Shown here in pieces: positions 50,035-63,009 of a stretch of DNA of 64,000 nt; positions within the stretch are counted from its first letter, which is position 1; every line of letters starts with the position of its first letter. The stretch lies in assembly GCA_010015805.1 (NCBI GenBank), contig ML978131.1, positions 682,001 through 746,000 on the forward strand. The letters are read 5' to 3'. The notes below the pieces were generated by a model. The model saw only the letters and a program-made list of their open reading frames with translations, was not told the origin of the DNA and did no database searches. Both the position numbers and the translations under genes were made by a program. Source of the DNA: Rhizodiscina lignyota (Eukaryota).

Positions 50035-51062
50035 ACTCTATCTTAGCGATGCGATTCATGTGAAACGACGATATGAGCGATCTGTTGTACTACCTAAAGA
50101 TGCAGACCCCGCCGGAAAAGATGTATGATATGTTACACCTCCGATCGATGAAGCGAATCATTCTTAAGCTTGAAATAGCGTGGCGTGAAAGTAGAAGCTG
50201 ATCCTTATCATCTAGTAGCCATTCGCCAGCCAGCAGAGAGCTATCAACGAAGTTTGTTCCAAATTAGCCTAACATGAATTTACGAATTACCTAATTACCT
50301 ACTCTTGGGCTACCAGGTTTCAAGGCTGAGGGCATTCGAAGAGCAGGTCTTGTTCATCCTTAGGCGACCCTCCGGGCCCTCATTGGTGCTGGAAGTAGAG
50401 TATTTCTCTTGCAAAATGCAGATTCTCTTAATAAAGTAGCAATAGCTTCCGCTATATATTGTGGTGCAAACATGGGTGACACCTGATGATTGACGTAGCG
50501 AAATTGCGCAGTTGATCCTCGCATGCCGCCGTGGGTTGGAACGAATCGCGTCATGGATGGCTTCGGGCGTGCATCCTTCAACCGCAAATTTTGAGATCTG
50601 GTTTCACAAGATCTTTTGTGCGACGAAATGGAGAAGCCATGATATGACGATGTCTTATCACGAAATCCACCCCTTTTGAATTATCGTATCCTAGCGCCGC
50701 TTGGTCACTGGTGGCGCGATATTTCGCTAAATTGGGACAGCGCCGACACCACCGTCACTGATACTTAAAAACTCGCGTGTCGAGTGTACAGTTGATCGAG
50801 CTTGACGTCTCTTCCTGATTGAACAGATCGCTGTATTTGTGGAATAACGTAGTAGTTCTGGAACCTCTAATTCCTAGCGACCGCAAGCGTAATTGACGGA
50901 ACAGCTTATCCGCAACGGACACCATGATGGCAGTGGTTGAAGGTTTCCTCGTGTCGCCGTATAATGCATTGTGTTCAGTAGACTTAAGAGAGTATCACTA
51001 GTTTCGAAGATCATTTCCGTTCGATCAATATTCCAGGTTGTGATCTTCATCAAAGCCGAAAT

Positions 51063-52149
51063 ATGAGCGACTTCTCCCAGCAAGTTGCCATTGTCACTGG
51101 TGGGGGCTCAGGTGATTGATTCCTAATTAGTTATTCATATGGATGCACTAACTGTAATCACAGGTATTGGGCTGGCATTCACGACTCTGTTACACTCAAA
51201 GGGCTGCAGCGTTGTCATTGGTGATCTTGCTCTGACCGAGGACGCAAAGAAACTTGTGGAGTGCGCAGCTGGCAAAGTAGTCTTCAAACAAACAGATGTG
51301 ACGAATTGGAAGCAGCTGGCAGAGCTATTTTCCTTCACAGAGACGAAGCTTGGGGCCCCAGATATTGTATGTCCGGGTGCAGGTGAGTGTCCCGTGCCGC
51401 GCATATGCATATTACTCTGACCTCAGCAGGTATCTTCGAACCGGTAAGTACAGCCCGAAATTAAATTTCACTTACGTACAGGAGCTGAGATTTGGCAGAA
51501 ATGGTCGAGCTTCTGGAATGATACAGAGGAGAACAGCTACAAGACTATTGATATCAATATCACTCATCCTACGAAGGCCACACGTCTGGCCATTCGGTCA
51601 ATGATACGAGCGAAGAAAGGCGGCACAATTGTGCACATTTCATCAATTGGTGGACAGACAACTCGTCTCTCAGTCCCTATATACTGCGCTACTAAAGCAT
51701 ACATCAACCATTTCGTCAGAGCATTTGCCGGACTGGATGATGAACAAGGCATAAGGGTCTTGGGGGTCGCTCCGGGGTATGATTGATATGCCACTAGTCC
51801 GCCTTATTAGCGACCATTTACGGAGAATAATGAATGTTAACAGCTTGACAGGCTAGTGAGGTCACCACTCTGGTTCAAGGAAAATCCAGACAAGCTCAAA
51901 TCAGTGGGCGAGAATGATCTGTGGATCGAGCCATCGGAGATTGCGGAAGTTTTGCTTGAGTGCTGCGAAAAGAATTCACAATGGACCGCTGGCACTATTG
52001 TCGAAGCTTCAGGCCAAGGCCGCAGAAGAGAAGTGAAGGTCTTCAACGATGAAGGACCACCAGGAATCGGCCGCTCTGCCGGGGCGAACATGTCTTTGGA
52101 GGATGACGTCTTAGCCATGCTGAAGGAAGAGAGAGCCCGGAAATACTAG
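51063..52149 (+). CDS. Short-chain dehydrogenase/reductase (15-hydroxyprostaglandin-dehydrogenase-like); many introns
   Basis: VAIVTGGGSGIG, DIVCPGAG.FEP, IVHISS, YCATK (YxxxK), VAPG. Confidence 0.88.
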
Positions 52150-52955
52150 GCGAGGTTGCCCTTGGCGTGCTTCTCGAGGGTGCCAATGCCATCGAGTTTG
52201 CAGAGATTGCCACAAGAAAGGAGGTGTCATCGTGATCAGGATTTTGTAGGATCATATGGTTTCGAGGGAGGCCGAAGATTTTGGCCCCGGTGCAGCTCGC
52301 GTAACGTAAGCTAGCTGACTCGTGGAACGTTTAAATGCTCGCTGTCTTGCCCATTCAAAGGATCCGCCTCGTCTGCTTGGCTTGCAGAAGGTGATCATTC
52401 GACGTGAAATATGTTTAGTAGGAGAGACAGACGGGAAGCTGGAACGAAAGGATGGTGGTCGGGTGGCGCCTTACCAAGTGAGGCTTAGTCTCAAGGGGCG
52501 TGTGGGTCTCGCCAATTCCGGCACCGAACCTTAAATCGCATCAAAAGCAGTCCACTGCTTTTTCCTCCGCACCGTCCGCCTCCAACGTCAATCATCCACT
52601 AGCTGAATATTGTGCACTCTATACAGAGGCGAACATTGGCGCGAACGATGGATTGTACTACTCTCCACGATGTCTCTGAGCATCCAACATGTCGGTACCG
52701 AAATCCCGAATGTTTGCACCCTTTTAGTAAGTTCAAAATCCGGGGCTTGGCTGGTCTTGGATGGTCTTGGATCATAGTGGTTGCTTCCTGATATTCTGTC
52801 ACAATTGCCTCCACTGGATTCGTATTTCGTTTCTCAAATACTATCGAGCTATTGTTTGTTGGCTGCAGGCTTCCAGTTACGTTTAATGCTCTCTGCCTCT
52901 CAAACTTTGCGAATATTTCTGTGAACTTGAAACATCGGCGTGTCGAACGTACAAC

Positions 52956-55186
52956 ATGGTCGGCGCAAAACAGCGCGCAGCTGCTGTTCCAGTCTCGAGG
53001 CTTCCTGGCAAGCTGCCAGAGGTCGACGTCCCTGAAGATGTAGATCACGAGAACGTTGTCAAGACCGCGCTGAAGAACCTCTCGCTTGGGCTCAAAGCTC
53101 AATCACTTACCGACGATGCAATCTGGCGCGACCTGTTTTCTATGACAGGAACCCTTCGTACCTTCTACGGCAACAAGAAAATCGAGGCAGCTTGGAGGGA
53201 CAGGTCCCAAGTCCATGAGCCTGCGAACTTCACTCTCATACCCGGAAGCTCCGGTGTCATGCGTCGCGGTCCCAATGTGTCTTGGGTCAAGGGCATGTTC
53301 TCTTTTGTCACACATGGCAAGCCGAATAGCATTGGTTCCGGTATCATCAACCTTATCCCCGTCGAAGGAGCATCTTCGTGGAAAGTCTGGTGCATCTGCA
53401 CCATCTTGGAGCGCATTCATGGTCTGAGTAACGTCGATGTCTTTGATCCTGAAACTGCAACCCAGGGTGAGACGAAGAATGGTATACTGGAGGATGACAC
53501 AAAAGGATCTAAGATGTTTACAGAGATTCAATGGGATGGTCAGCCAAATGGAGGATCAGAAACAGGTCCAACCTCCCGACCTGTCGATTTCGATTGTGTT
53601 ATATGTGGTGGAGGGCAAGCCGGCCTATCCATTGCTGGCCGTCTTAAAGCCGGCGGAGTTAAGAACTACGTGGTGCTGGAGAAGTTTGATGTGATTGGCG
53701 GTAACTGGTTGGACAGATACGATTCTGTGAAGCGTCAGTTCATTTAGAAACGTTGATTATCTGCCACCGAGGCTAACGCGTGACAGTGCATACCTCGAAG
53801 GATATCAGTCAACTCCCTTTCGGTCGCATCTTCCCGCCTGACGACCCATATTATCTCACAGGCAGGCACATTGCAAGAGGCTACCAGCGCTTTACTGACA
53901 AATATGGCTTGGTATGTTCGATCAATATCTTCATGCTAGTCTCGTATACTGATACATCACGATAGAATGTCTGGTGCTCGACGGAGCTCCAATATGCTTC
54001 GTATGACGAAAAGGAAAGTTGCTGGAATTTGAATATCAATCGCAACGGAGAGCCACAGACGGTGACTGCGAGGCATCTCGTCCTTGCTCTTGGTCCTGGT
54101 GGCACTGTTCCAAAGATGCCAACCTTCCCCAACCGAGTAAGGCAACCTCATGTCAACGCGTAAAATTAGCTCGGTCCGCTAATAGAGCACTCTTTCAGGA
54201 CGCGTACAAAGGCACAGTCCTTCATTCCGCTCACTACAAAAATCCGCACGCATGGAAAGGGAAGAAAGCCATCATCATCGGCAGCGCTAACACGGCACAT
54301 GACGTTGCAGACGATATGATAAATGCGGGCTTGTCTTCCGTCACGCTGGTTCAACGGTCACCAACCTGCATTGTTCCAGCAGAGTACATGCGCGCCAATG
54401 TTGAGCCATTGTACAATGCATCCAGCAATATTGAGGTTGTTGATCGCATTTTCATGGCCATGCCTACTGCAGTCCAGCGCATCATGATGAACAACGGCAT
54501 CAATGGCATGGCGAAGAAAGAGCCTGAGAGATTCGATGCACTGGAGAAGAAGGGATTCAAGGTCGATCGGGACGTCGATATGATCCATATTCTGTTCGAG
54601 CGAGTTGGCGGCCACTACATGGACGTCGGAACAAGTGCGAAGGTTGCAGACGGAACGGTATGTCTCCCGCTTTGTGCATCTGTCTTTGCGCCTCTCTACT
54701 GTTGGCTCCGCCAGTGCTAATGCGCACCCTGCAGATCAAAGTCAAGTCCGATGCAGCAGTAACGTCGTACACCGAGACTGGTCTTGCCTTCTCCGACGGA
54801 ACGACGCTTGAAGCCGAGGTTATCGTCTTTTCAACTGGCTTTGTCGGCAACCCGCGTGACCAAGTTTGCAAGATCATTGGCCCTGAGATGGAAGAGAAGC
54901 TGGAGGATATGTGGTGCTGCGACAAGGAAGGTGAAGTTCGCGGCCTGTGGAAGCCAATCGGACGTAAGTTTGACCTGTCGCGTCCTCTTTTCGTTGCAGT
55001 CCTTTGAACACCGTTATGCGATCGTCTCAAATGGCTGACACTGTATATACAGATCCTGGAATCTGGTATGCTGGCGGTGGCATCAGTACAACCAGATTCT
55101 ACTCGAGGTTCTTGGCTCTTCAAATACAAGCAGATCTGGCCGGAACACCACTGCCAGTCTACTATGACGACCCAGAAGTTGAGTAG
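52956..55186 (+). CDS. Flavin-containing monooxygenase (FMO/YUCCA-like) with N-terminal extension; multi-exon
   Basis: GGGQAG FAD motif, GGNWLDRYDS, YKGTVLHSAHY (FMO-signature-like), IIGSANTAHD, VFSTGF, WYAGG....RFYSRFLALQI. Confidence 0.88.
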
Positions 55187-55822
55187 GAGACACAAATGAT
55201 GTGCAGTTGAGACGATAAAGTTCGCTCAAGGATCATTTACAAGAATAGACGTTACAGAGCATCATTGTATCATAATTTGCGAAAAGGCAATTTAGAGGCT
55301 ATTGGAACTGGTGTAAGATATGGTTTGCTCTGGATCTTGAAGTTGCATCTTAGACATTCAGCGAGAACATTAGACTTCCCGATTCCCATAGAAGCAAGTT
55401 AAACTCCCAACGTGAACATTTTCCACTGATCATGTTGAGACATTTGCTTTAACCTTGATCAGTCTCGATAGTCATCCCTACAATCGTATTCCAGTCGTTG
55501 ACTCGAAGTGTTCAATTCCGTGGATAGGTGATTTGCCGCGGGATCTGCGAAGGAGCTTCTTATTACTTGATGCGGAGGATAGAGCATGCGGATTGATCCG
55601 CTTATCCAATTCGTACGTATTCTCTTTCCTTCATGAGCTCATAAAACCCTGTTTCATGGACTTGTGACTTCTGTACATAAACTTTGACTGTTACAAATTA
55701 CCTCTTACTAAGAATACATCCACTGGTTCACCCGTCACAATATCTGCAGCGCAGTGCTTTATTCCTGCACTTTAAACAGCACCTATAGAGCCCAATCCGC
55801 TCGACCCATTACACAACCGTTA

Positions 55823-57717
55823 TCAATAGACCGCAAAAAGTTTGAAACCTCCCCCATATATCCGAGCAGCGGTATAGAAGAACAAGCTGACAACTTGACA
55901 AGCTCCGGCGAAACATTGTACGCCTAGCCACGAGTCGAAGTTGTCGAGGATGGCACCAGCAATCGGGTTCGATACTAAGGCCCCGAGGGAGACGATCAGC
56001 ATGGATAGACCAAGAGAGAAAGGTACGGTTTGCGGATTCCAGTTCGCCGCTTGCGTCACCGCTGCGAGGAGCTAGAACCAAGCCGTTAGCCAAGTAATAT
56101 TACGTCTACGCGATGCGTGTACTCACTAGAGGCAGAGCAGAGGCGCGAAGAACCCAAACAACGCGCTGAATGCGATGATGCTGGCGTTGGTATTTGCAGG
56201 AATCCATGCACCGAACAAGAGGGCGATCATGGTCATGTTAACAATTATGAGGCCGTTAAATACTCCGTAACGATTCGCCAATGCAGGAATGATGAGTCGC
56301 CCCAGACAGCTGCTCATTGTTAGCAATATGAGGCGATTATGCTGAGACGGGACTGGTCGCTGTCTGCTTACCTTGCGGCATTTATAATGACTATGTGGTC
56401 CTCAGCCAGCTCGAAAGACATTCCCTTTGCCAACCCATACGCTCCAATGTAATTGAACGGCACCCAGTAGCCCAGCCAGGAGATTAGTGTCGCAAATACA
56501 GTGAACAAGAGTGTGATGTTTCGGGAGTACGCAACCAGACCGTCTTTGCCGACTGGTACAGCGTGCCCAAGAGTTCGCGCTTCGACGGTGAAAAATCCGA
56601 TGCCCTGTATACCAAAATAAGTACTTATTCGACAGAATTCTAAAATGAACGTACAAGGAAACCCAAGATCATAAAGGCCATGGCTCGCATTGTCCAACCG
56701 AATCCTATTCGGTTGATGAGTCTAGATATCATCAAAGGAAATATAACACCTAGGCAAGGTAAGCAAAGGAACGTATGCGCAATCTTGTTGCTAGTAATAT
56801 AATCGATTGTCCCGCTGAAAGCTGCATTCTAAGGAGGATGGAGTCGTGTGAGGAAGACTAAGAAGTCTAAGAGAAATTCGAGCTTCTCTGATCATACCTC
56901 CAAGCGCTGTGCCAACTGTTAATATTCCGAAAGCTATCGGGGTCTTTGATTTGAACCATGTTGGGATTGTTTGGGTTGCTTTGGTTCCATCAGTGGACGA
57001 GCTTTGCTACCAGCGTGAGTTGGAAAGATGCCGCACCCGGATGATATGCTAACGCAGCACCAATTGGAGAACAAATGCCTTGTGCCAAAACTAATTGATA
57101 TTCCTTTTTCGACAGTGATGCCATCATTAGTCCAAAGACGTGTATGATTGCTCCAATTGCTATTGCTTTGCGGGCGCCGATTTTCCGATAAATTATGACA
57201 GAGAAAGGCGACTACTGAGGTCAACGAGAAGAGGTCTTCAATCTGGGCGGAAGTGGTTACCAAGAAGAATAACAAAAACACTTCCAGAGAGCTAATCCAG
57301 GATATAGCCCCCTCTGATTTCCCTTTGAGTTGATGTGTCTTGTAGTACGCTTGAAATGATCCAATAGCTGCAATAGGTTAGAAGTGGCCTGAAAATGTGT
57401 AGACGTACTCACCAAATATCCAACCTATGCTTGCCATACTGCGAAGATGAAGTTAGGCGTAGAAGTACAGTTTACGGTGTTTGCAAGACTCACAAGACGA
57501 AGAAGCCGCCGAAAACAGCCATCCAAGCACGCAACCCTCCATTCGGAGGTTCATCTACGACATCGCCTGCCCCAGATTGGTCTGCAAAATTAGATTCTTC
57601 TTTCGATGGCGGGACATTGCCCGAACCTGCTGTGGCTTCTTTCTCCTCGCCTCCAAGTGGCGATGTCTCCTCAAGTTTCTGGGAACTCGTCGTGCCAGTC
57701 GGCAGAGCTGCTGGCAT
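55823..57717 (-). CDS. MFS monocarboxylate/riboflavin transporter (MCH-family); many short exons
   Basis: PPNGGLRAWMAVFGGF, GSFQAYY, ISWISSL, LAQGICSPIG, GFGWTMRAM, GRLIIPALANRYG recovered by manual splicing. Confidence 0.82.
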
Positions 57718-60415
57718 CAGTCACACTGTATGCACTATAAAGTAACTGCAATTAGCGATTGCAACTTACTGGTAGCGGGGCTCCTAGAATGTTGTGAATC
57801 AGGGTGCATTTCTTATGGTTGCCTATGATAAAGGTTGGCCCTCTCCTGTCAGGGGAACAATCTCGACTCGGTATCGACGAGGATTCCTAAAGACGGCTAG
57901 TAGTTCAAATGTCAAGACAAACGAATATCGTACAACAGCGAAACTGATTTTGCTGTTGAAATTCAATTCTGCAGTAGAGAGGATGAAACAACTGGAATAG
58001 GGTTCTAGAGTGTCAACCAACTCAGACTTCGGGAATGTTCGTTTCTTATTGCTAAGCGATCTTGCTCCATTGAAAATTTGACCCCTAACTGCCCAGCCAG
58101 CCAACTGAGCCAGTATCACATCTTGGGCTGTTGGTAATGTAAGCGGCCGCATAGGCATCGGATTATGGTCAGATATACTTCCAGCGAAACCCAGCACAGA
58201 TTTGCCGCTACCATCAGTGAGATGCTGAGCCTCAGGGAGAGCATTAATGCCTGCGTAGAATTTATGAAAGGCCATTAGAGCAGGTTATTGCATATGCTGT
58301 TTTCCCGGCCTTAGTATAAAAAACTCAGCTCCCAACAGTATTGACAAAGCTTGCTGTGGCTTGAAATGCGAAACTGTCTGCACGCCAAACAGGCCCATTG
58401 TTAGGTGTAAGAGAAATATGAAAACTTTGAAAAGATCAGATGTATCGGCCGATACTGTATGTGCGGCCGCTGTAGTACGCATCGGTTTATCAGTACCCCA
58501 AACGAGAATAATTGGCCCTATTCAAGTCGACGCTGTCGAGGTAATTGTACTCCGTATCATCTCGCATTTTTTCATCTTAAGGACTCCTTAGACATCATTT
58601 GGCGTTTCATCAGAGCATCACTCATACAACACACGAATAACATCGCCTGGCGTCCATTTCGCTTTCTTCGCGTCCTCTTCAAAGATACAAAATCCTTGTA
58701 GTGTACGAAAGAAGTGGTGAAATTAATTCAACTTAACGGCCACATTCCTCCCGTAGTGGTTGCCTCGTGGAGTTAGGAACAGCTCCAAGCTGACACACGG
58801 CGTTAGAGCAATGTCGCGATCAATGCTACAAAAGGACTTGAGGACAACATCGTGGCTTTAGGGGCAAGTAAGGCCTCAGGACATGTCGACGTTTTGCAGC
58901 TCGTAATTGATTAACCTTATGCGGGTGCATACTTGCTCTCCTATCTCTTTGCATTTTTCCTGCTTTCGCTGAAGTTACATGCTCCAAACCTTTTTCCAAC
59001 ATCATTGCACGGCTCCGAAACATTGAGTTTGGACAAAGAACACCGTGCTCAAGCATGGGAGCCCCACTGCAGAAATTCCACCAGCCGCAAATAGCTTCAA
59101 GTGCATTAATCAACTATCTGACAGCAGGTCTTAGAGCATCTATGTCCGCATCGGTATGTCCGTCCGCATCAGTATGCCCGCATCGACGATCCAACAACTC
59201 ACGATTTGGTCAGAGGGTACTAGCTACATGTCGGCAAGGCATTACAAATCAGCTCTGGGACAATGAAGCCCACTCCACTTATTGATATAAGGCCAGCGAC
59301 ACATCGAATCCGACATTGCCACGCGCGAACTGCAATCAGGTCGCTGGCGACATATATAATACATGGTAGCAACATTCATCTTGCTGCAGCCGATTCATTA
59401 TATCGCCAATATACCACGGAAGTAGCGCGAACAATAAGGGTCTAGCCGGAAGACTTGAAACCCCATTGGCGTGACCGAGTCGAGTGAACGTTGGTCGACA
59501 TTGAATTAAGTGGCATCGATCGATGAACTCTGACCAGGAATGTAGCTTGCTACAACGCACACAAGCATGGACAACTAGATCAATAGAGCAGAAGCACTCG
59601 TTGAGGCTCCAACTCTCTACAATGCGATGCATATGCCGTAACCACTTTGAGAGCACTCCTTTCAACAGTCAACGTACCAGAATCTACCAACAAGCTGTCC
59701 TGAAAGCATAGCCAGGCGGGAATATACAATAGAGCATGGCTACACTGATGGATGTCGTCGCGTTCATCAGGCCTCTCATCATGTCGTGCAAAGCCGAAGT
59801 TCTGGCTACTCCGAGGAGACGTAGCTGGAAGTCGATCCCGCTTACATCGTCACATCGAAAGGCAAACTTACAGAAGGAGTGTTGACAATGCGAGGCATGT
59901 ACAAGCAATCATGTATTGGCTACGACGACCACGGTCACTAAGGTCCTTCCCCAAACCACGCAAGTCAAAGGGCACAGCATCTTTGAGAACGCTCAATTCA
60001 ACATCAAACTTGCTACCATCTATTCATAAACTGGTGAGGAAGCTGTAGCTACGCTGAGATAAACGATTGGCAGAGTTTACAGAGGCTGAAGTAGCTGCGC
60101 TCGGTGAAGGCGCATATATGACACTTGAAAGAGAACAGTATAGCGACTCCGACCCTACTGAGGACGACGACGAGTCCATGGGCGCGTATGATAGGCTTGC
60201 GTTGGGAGTGTAGCTAGCGGCGACATTCACATGGACACAGGTATGCAGTGGTATTTGATGAGCATTCACTGCTTGCATTTGCCTAGATATTGGCTGGACG
60301 CCAATATCGTTCGTCGAATAACTTATGCTGGCCTAACCCAGCCTCACAATCTCACACCATTTTTTATCCTCCACCCCTTCTCCCCTTCTGCCCCCTCTCC
60401 CCCCTCCACGCAACT

Positions 60416-63009
60416 TCACTTGCCAGATCTCAAAGACCTGGCCGGAGTGGAGGCCTTCGAGCCGGCCTTGGAGCCAGCCCTCGAGTCCCCCCTCCGTCCT
60501 CCCTTCGCCGCCTTCATGGCCTTAGTGCCGAAGGCACCCTTCAGGCCCTCCAGCTCCTTCTGCATGCCACGGCGCTTCGGCGCGCGCTCCGCATCGGCGG
60601 CAGTCATCGAACGGCGCATGGTTGGCGCCTTCTTGCGCTTGCCATCGTTCGTAACTTGATCGGCAGCGTCGTCGGCGTCGTCCATGTCAACGTCGCTGTC
60701 CGCACCAGCCGCCATGCCCACGTCAGCGATCGGCAATGAATGGCGCGCATGAGCTCGTGCCGCCTTGATCTCAACCGCGAAATCGTCGTCCGCCAAGCGC
60801 TCGGCCCTATCCAGCTTGAGTCCGCCTCTCGGGAGTCCGCGATCCCTGATGAGCTTTTTGAGCTCCTCGTCCTTCATCGTTATCATGTACCTGTCGACCT
60901 TGGTTTGTCGGGTCAAGTCATTCTGGCCTCCTTTGTTCGTGTCTTTGGCCGCAGTTGGGAGTGTCTGCATCGGTTTTGGCAGACCGAACGCACTCTCAAG
61001 CTTTCTGCTCACATCCTTCAAGTGTTGACGGAGTTCCTTCCTTGGCCGACCACCTTTCGGACTGCCTGGCGCAGTATATCCTGGGGCGAGGGTGGCGTAA
61101 GGAACTGGAGTGACACTCTTGTGCGGAGAAGCGCTGTGCCTCTCGCTCATCGCTGGAATCTGATCTTGCACGCCTGGAGTGAAGACCTTCTCGTTGTAGC
61201 CAACTTCTTCCATGACGAGGTCATTGGGACCCGTCGCATCACGCTGACCGGGCGAGACGTATGCCATGACACTTGGGCCACCGAGGATCGAAGCCGGAGG
61301 CGGGTATGGAGGGGTATAGCTCTCGCGTTCACGGCTGATCGCAAGCGAGGCGAGAGCAGCGCGCTCAGTGGCATCTGAGGGTGTGCGATGCGCGCGAAAC
61401 GCTGGGTCATCACTCATTGTGTGCGTTGCAAGAGACATCGACGTTGCGTTGACATCGTTCGTTGTTGGCATCGTATGGAGCGCGGCAGAACTATGGGTAG
61501 TATCGAAGCTGTTGGCTGTAGGCATCGCATGGAACGCGGTAGAGTTCTGGGTAGTATCGAAGTTGTTGGCTGTAGGCATCGCATTAAGCGCGGCGTAACT
61601 CTGGGTGGCATCGAAGCTGTTAGCCGCAGGCATCGCACCGAATGAATCGTAACCATGAGTAAAGTCGAAGCTGTTAGCGGCATGCATAAATCCAGATGCA
61701 GTGCCATTCCAGGGAGCGCTAAGCGCTGGAGGCATCGCAGCTGGAGTCGGAAACCCGAAAACACCAGGACCAATATGTGGATGAGGGGGAACATTGACCG
61801 TGTCTTGATATAGTGGACCGACTGGCTGCTGCAGCAGCATCTCGTGAGGGAGGAAAGTGTAAGGTACGCTCGGAAAGTCGGGTGCGTAGGGAGTCTGCGG
61901 CACAGCACGTGAAATACACAGTATCATTCTGAGGGTATCGCCAACATGTGTTACCTGCTCTGCTCCAGCTGACGTCTCAATGGTCATTTCGATCCTCTCC
62001 TCGGGGACGTTCCTGCCTATTTATTGTCAGAAATGAAGGTCACTATTAGGAGAGTGAACGTGCCTTGCATGCCGGTCTGGACGTTGGCGCCAGTAGGCAA
62101 TCCTGGCAGGGTTGCTGGTGACATGCGAGTGAACAACTCGAAGATGTCTATATCTATTTGTTGTTAGGATTGAGCAACACGCGATTGGGATTGCCTTCAA
62201 GCTTGCCTTCGGTGTTGATGTTGAGGTTACCAGTAAGGACCGCTAGCTGTCCTTCCGTTGCGGTGTTGGCAGTCATCTCTCCGTGCATGGTGAAGTCTAC
62301 ATTTACTGTCAGAAAGGAGTGACAACCTGTCGAGATTCAGAAACTTACCTTGCGTCCAGTCGAGGTTGGTATTGACGTCAGGATGCATCAGTGTCTGCTC
62401 TTCCACTGGCGTTTGCAAGCTCATATCCTTGGCCATCTTGTTGTCTGTTTATGGTTAGCGATGAGAACCACGCGTCTAGAGCCATGAACTTACCTTGCAT
62501 ACCAATCTCGTCCTTCTCAACATCAGGTACTGCCATCTGCTCTTCCTCTGGTGCATCGACGATCATCTCTTCGCCCATATCGTTGCCTTTTTTATTGTTA
62601 GAAATGACAAACACGCGCCTAAACAACTCAAACTACCTTGCATGTCGCCCTGGAAGTCGACGCCGCCGCCAGTAGGCATTGCTGGTTGTGCTTCCGATGA
62701 GGCTTCCGCGGTCATCTCCTCGTTCATGTTGGTGGGGTGGTTGTATTGGGCTATTTATCATCAGAACGAAAAACACGCGTCAAGAGTGGTGAACTTGCCT
62801 GAAGCCTCATCTATAAGTGCGACAGTGGCGTCCCAGTCGAAGTCCTCAATCACATCCATGATCTCTTCATATGTCGAACCGCCTGGTTCGTTGCGATCAA
62901 TGGGCCCAAAGACAGGATGATCGTACCAGTTTGGTCCTTTCCAATTGTCCATGCCCGCCGCTGCTTGAGGATTCGAGAACCACGCCGGTTTCGGTGGAGG
63001 CTCCGCCAT
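60416..63009 (-). CDS. Hypothetical low-complexity protein with a SAP-like motif and internal 18-aa repeats; 5' exon structure uncertain
   Basis: 523-aa ORF 60416-61987 plus upstream coding-like fragments bounded by splice signals; MKDEELKKLIRDRGLPRGGLKLDRAERL resembles a SAP motif. Confidence 0.6.
61410..61690 (-). repeat. Coding tandem repeat, ~54-bp unit, ~5 copies (AMPTANSFDTT-like)
   Basis: Recurring tcgaagctgttggctgtaggcatcgcat-like units at ~54-nt spacing. Confidence 0.85.

Noticed and set aside
55823..57717. MCH transporter as a pseudogene (fragmented ORF track)
   Set aside because: Manual splicing of the exons I checked with canonical introns gave continuous open frames
61410..61690. 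Regularly spaced repeats resembling a CRISPR array
   Set aside because: Eukaryotic context, in-frame coding tandem units without unique spacers, no cas genes
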